NCBI GenBank assembly: GCA_964019335.1
Contig: OZ025654.1
Coordinates: forward strand, 434,001-498,000
Source: Diplonema japonicum
Lineage: Eukaryota; Protista; Euglenozoa: Diplonemea
Reading direction: 5' to 3'
DNA length: 64,000 nt
The position numbers were made by a program, and so were the translations under genes. The first letter of the stretch is position 1; each line of letters opens with the position of its first letter. Shown one piece after another: positions 63,851-64,000 of the stretch. The notes below the pieces were generated by a model. The model ran no database searches, was not told the DNA's origin, and saw nothing but the letters and a program-made list of their open reading frames with translations.

Positions 63851-64000
63851 TCACGAGCGGGACTTTACATAATAAAATAGCTCGTTGCGCTCGTCTCGAC
63901 AATAATATTGTTAAAACAAAAAACATATGAGTTAAAGGAAGTCTTTGTGAGACGCCCCCTTGTTCTAAAAAAGAAAACAAAAAATGAGGGTACGTATAAA

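Overview
Eukaryotic, intron-poor protist DNA, most likely a euglenozoan (diplonemid- or kinetoplastid-like; this is an inference). About 19 host protein genes all lie on the minus strand in one directional cluster, separated by homopolymer-rich spacers. The centrepiece is a ~4090-aa gene (36004-48264) fusing an RNF213/mysterin-type AAA+ core, a Sacsin/NO VEIN-type GHKL ATPase and a C-terminal BMT5/DUF2431-type RNA methyltransferase domain. It lies next to a catalytically dead TUTase-like gene with an Arg-Asp tail and ~11 kb from a zf-3CxxC (RTP4-like) gene, which together make a candidate protist cell-autonomous immunity locus. A microhomology-collapsed ghost copy of that two-gene locus sits at 28.5-29.3 kb. 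Other content: a triple DOMON/Cu-monooxygenase membrane protein, a frameshifted CAP-EGF surface protein between two identical small Cys/His genes, several apparent pseudo-enzymes, two possible bacterial HGT genes, a truncated non-LTR retrotransposon, a decayed piggyBac with intact TIRs and TTAA TSD, two further TIR elements (one carrying a tRNA-like unit), a MITE and several dispersed intergenic repeat families. All family assignments come from motif recognition by eye, not database searches.
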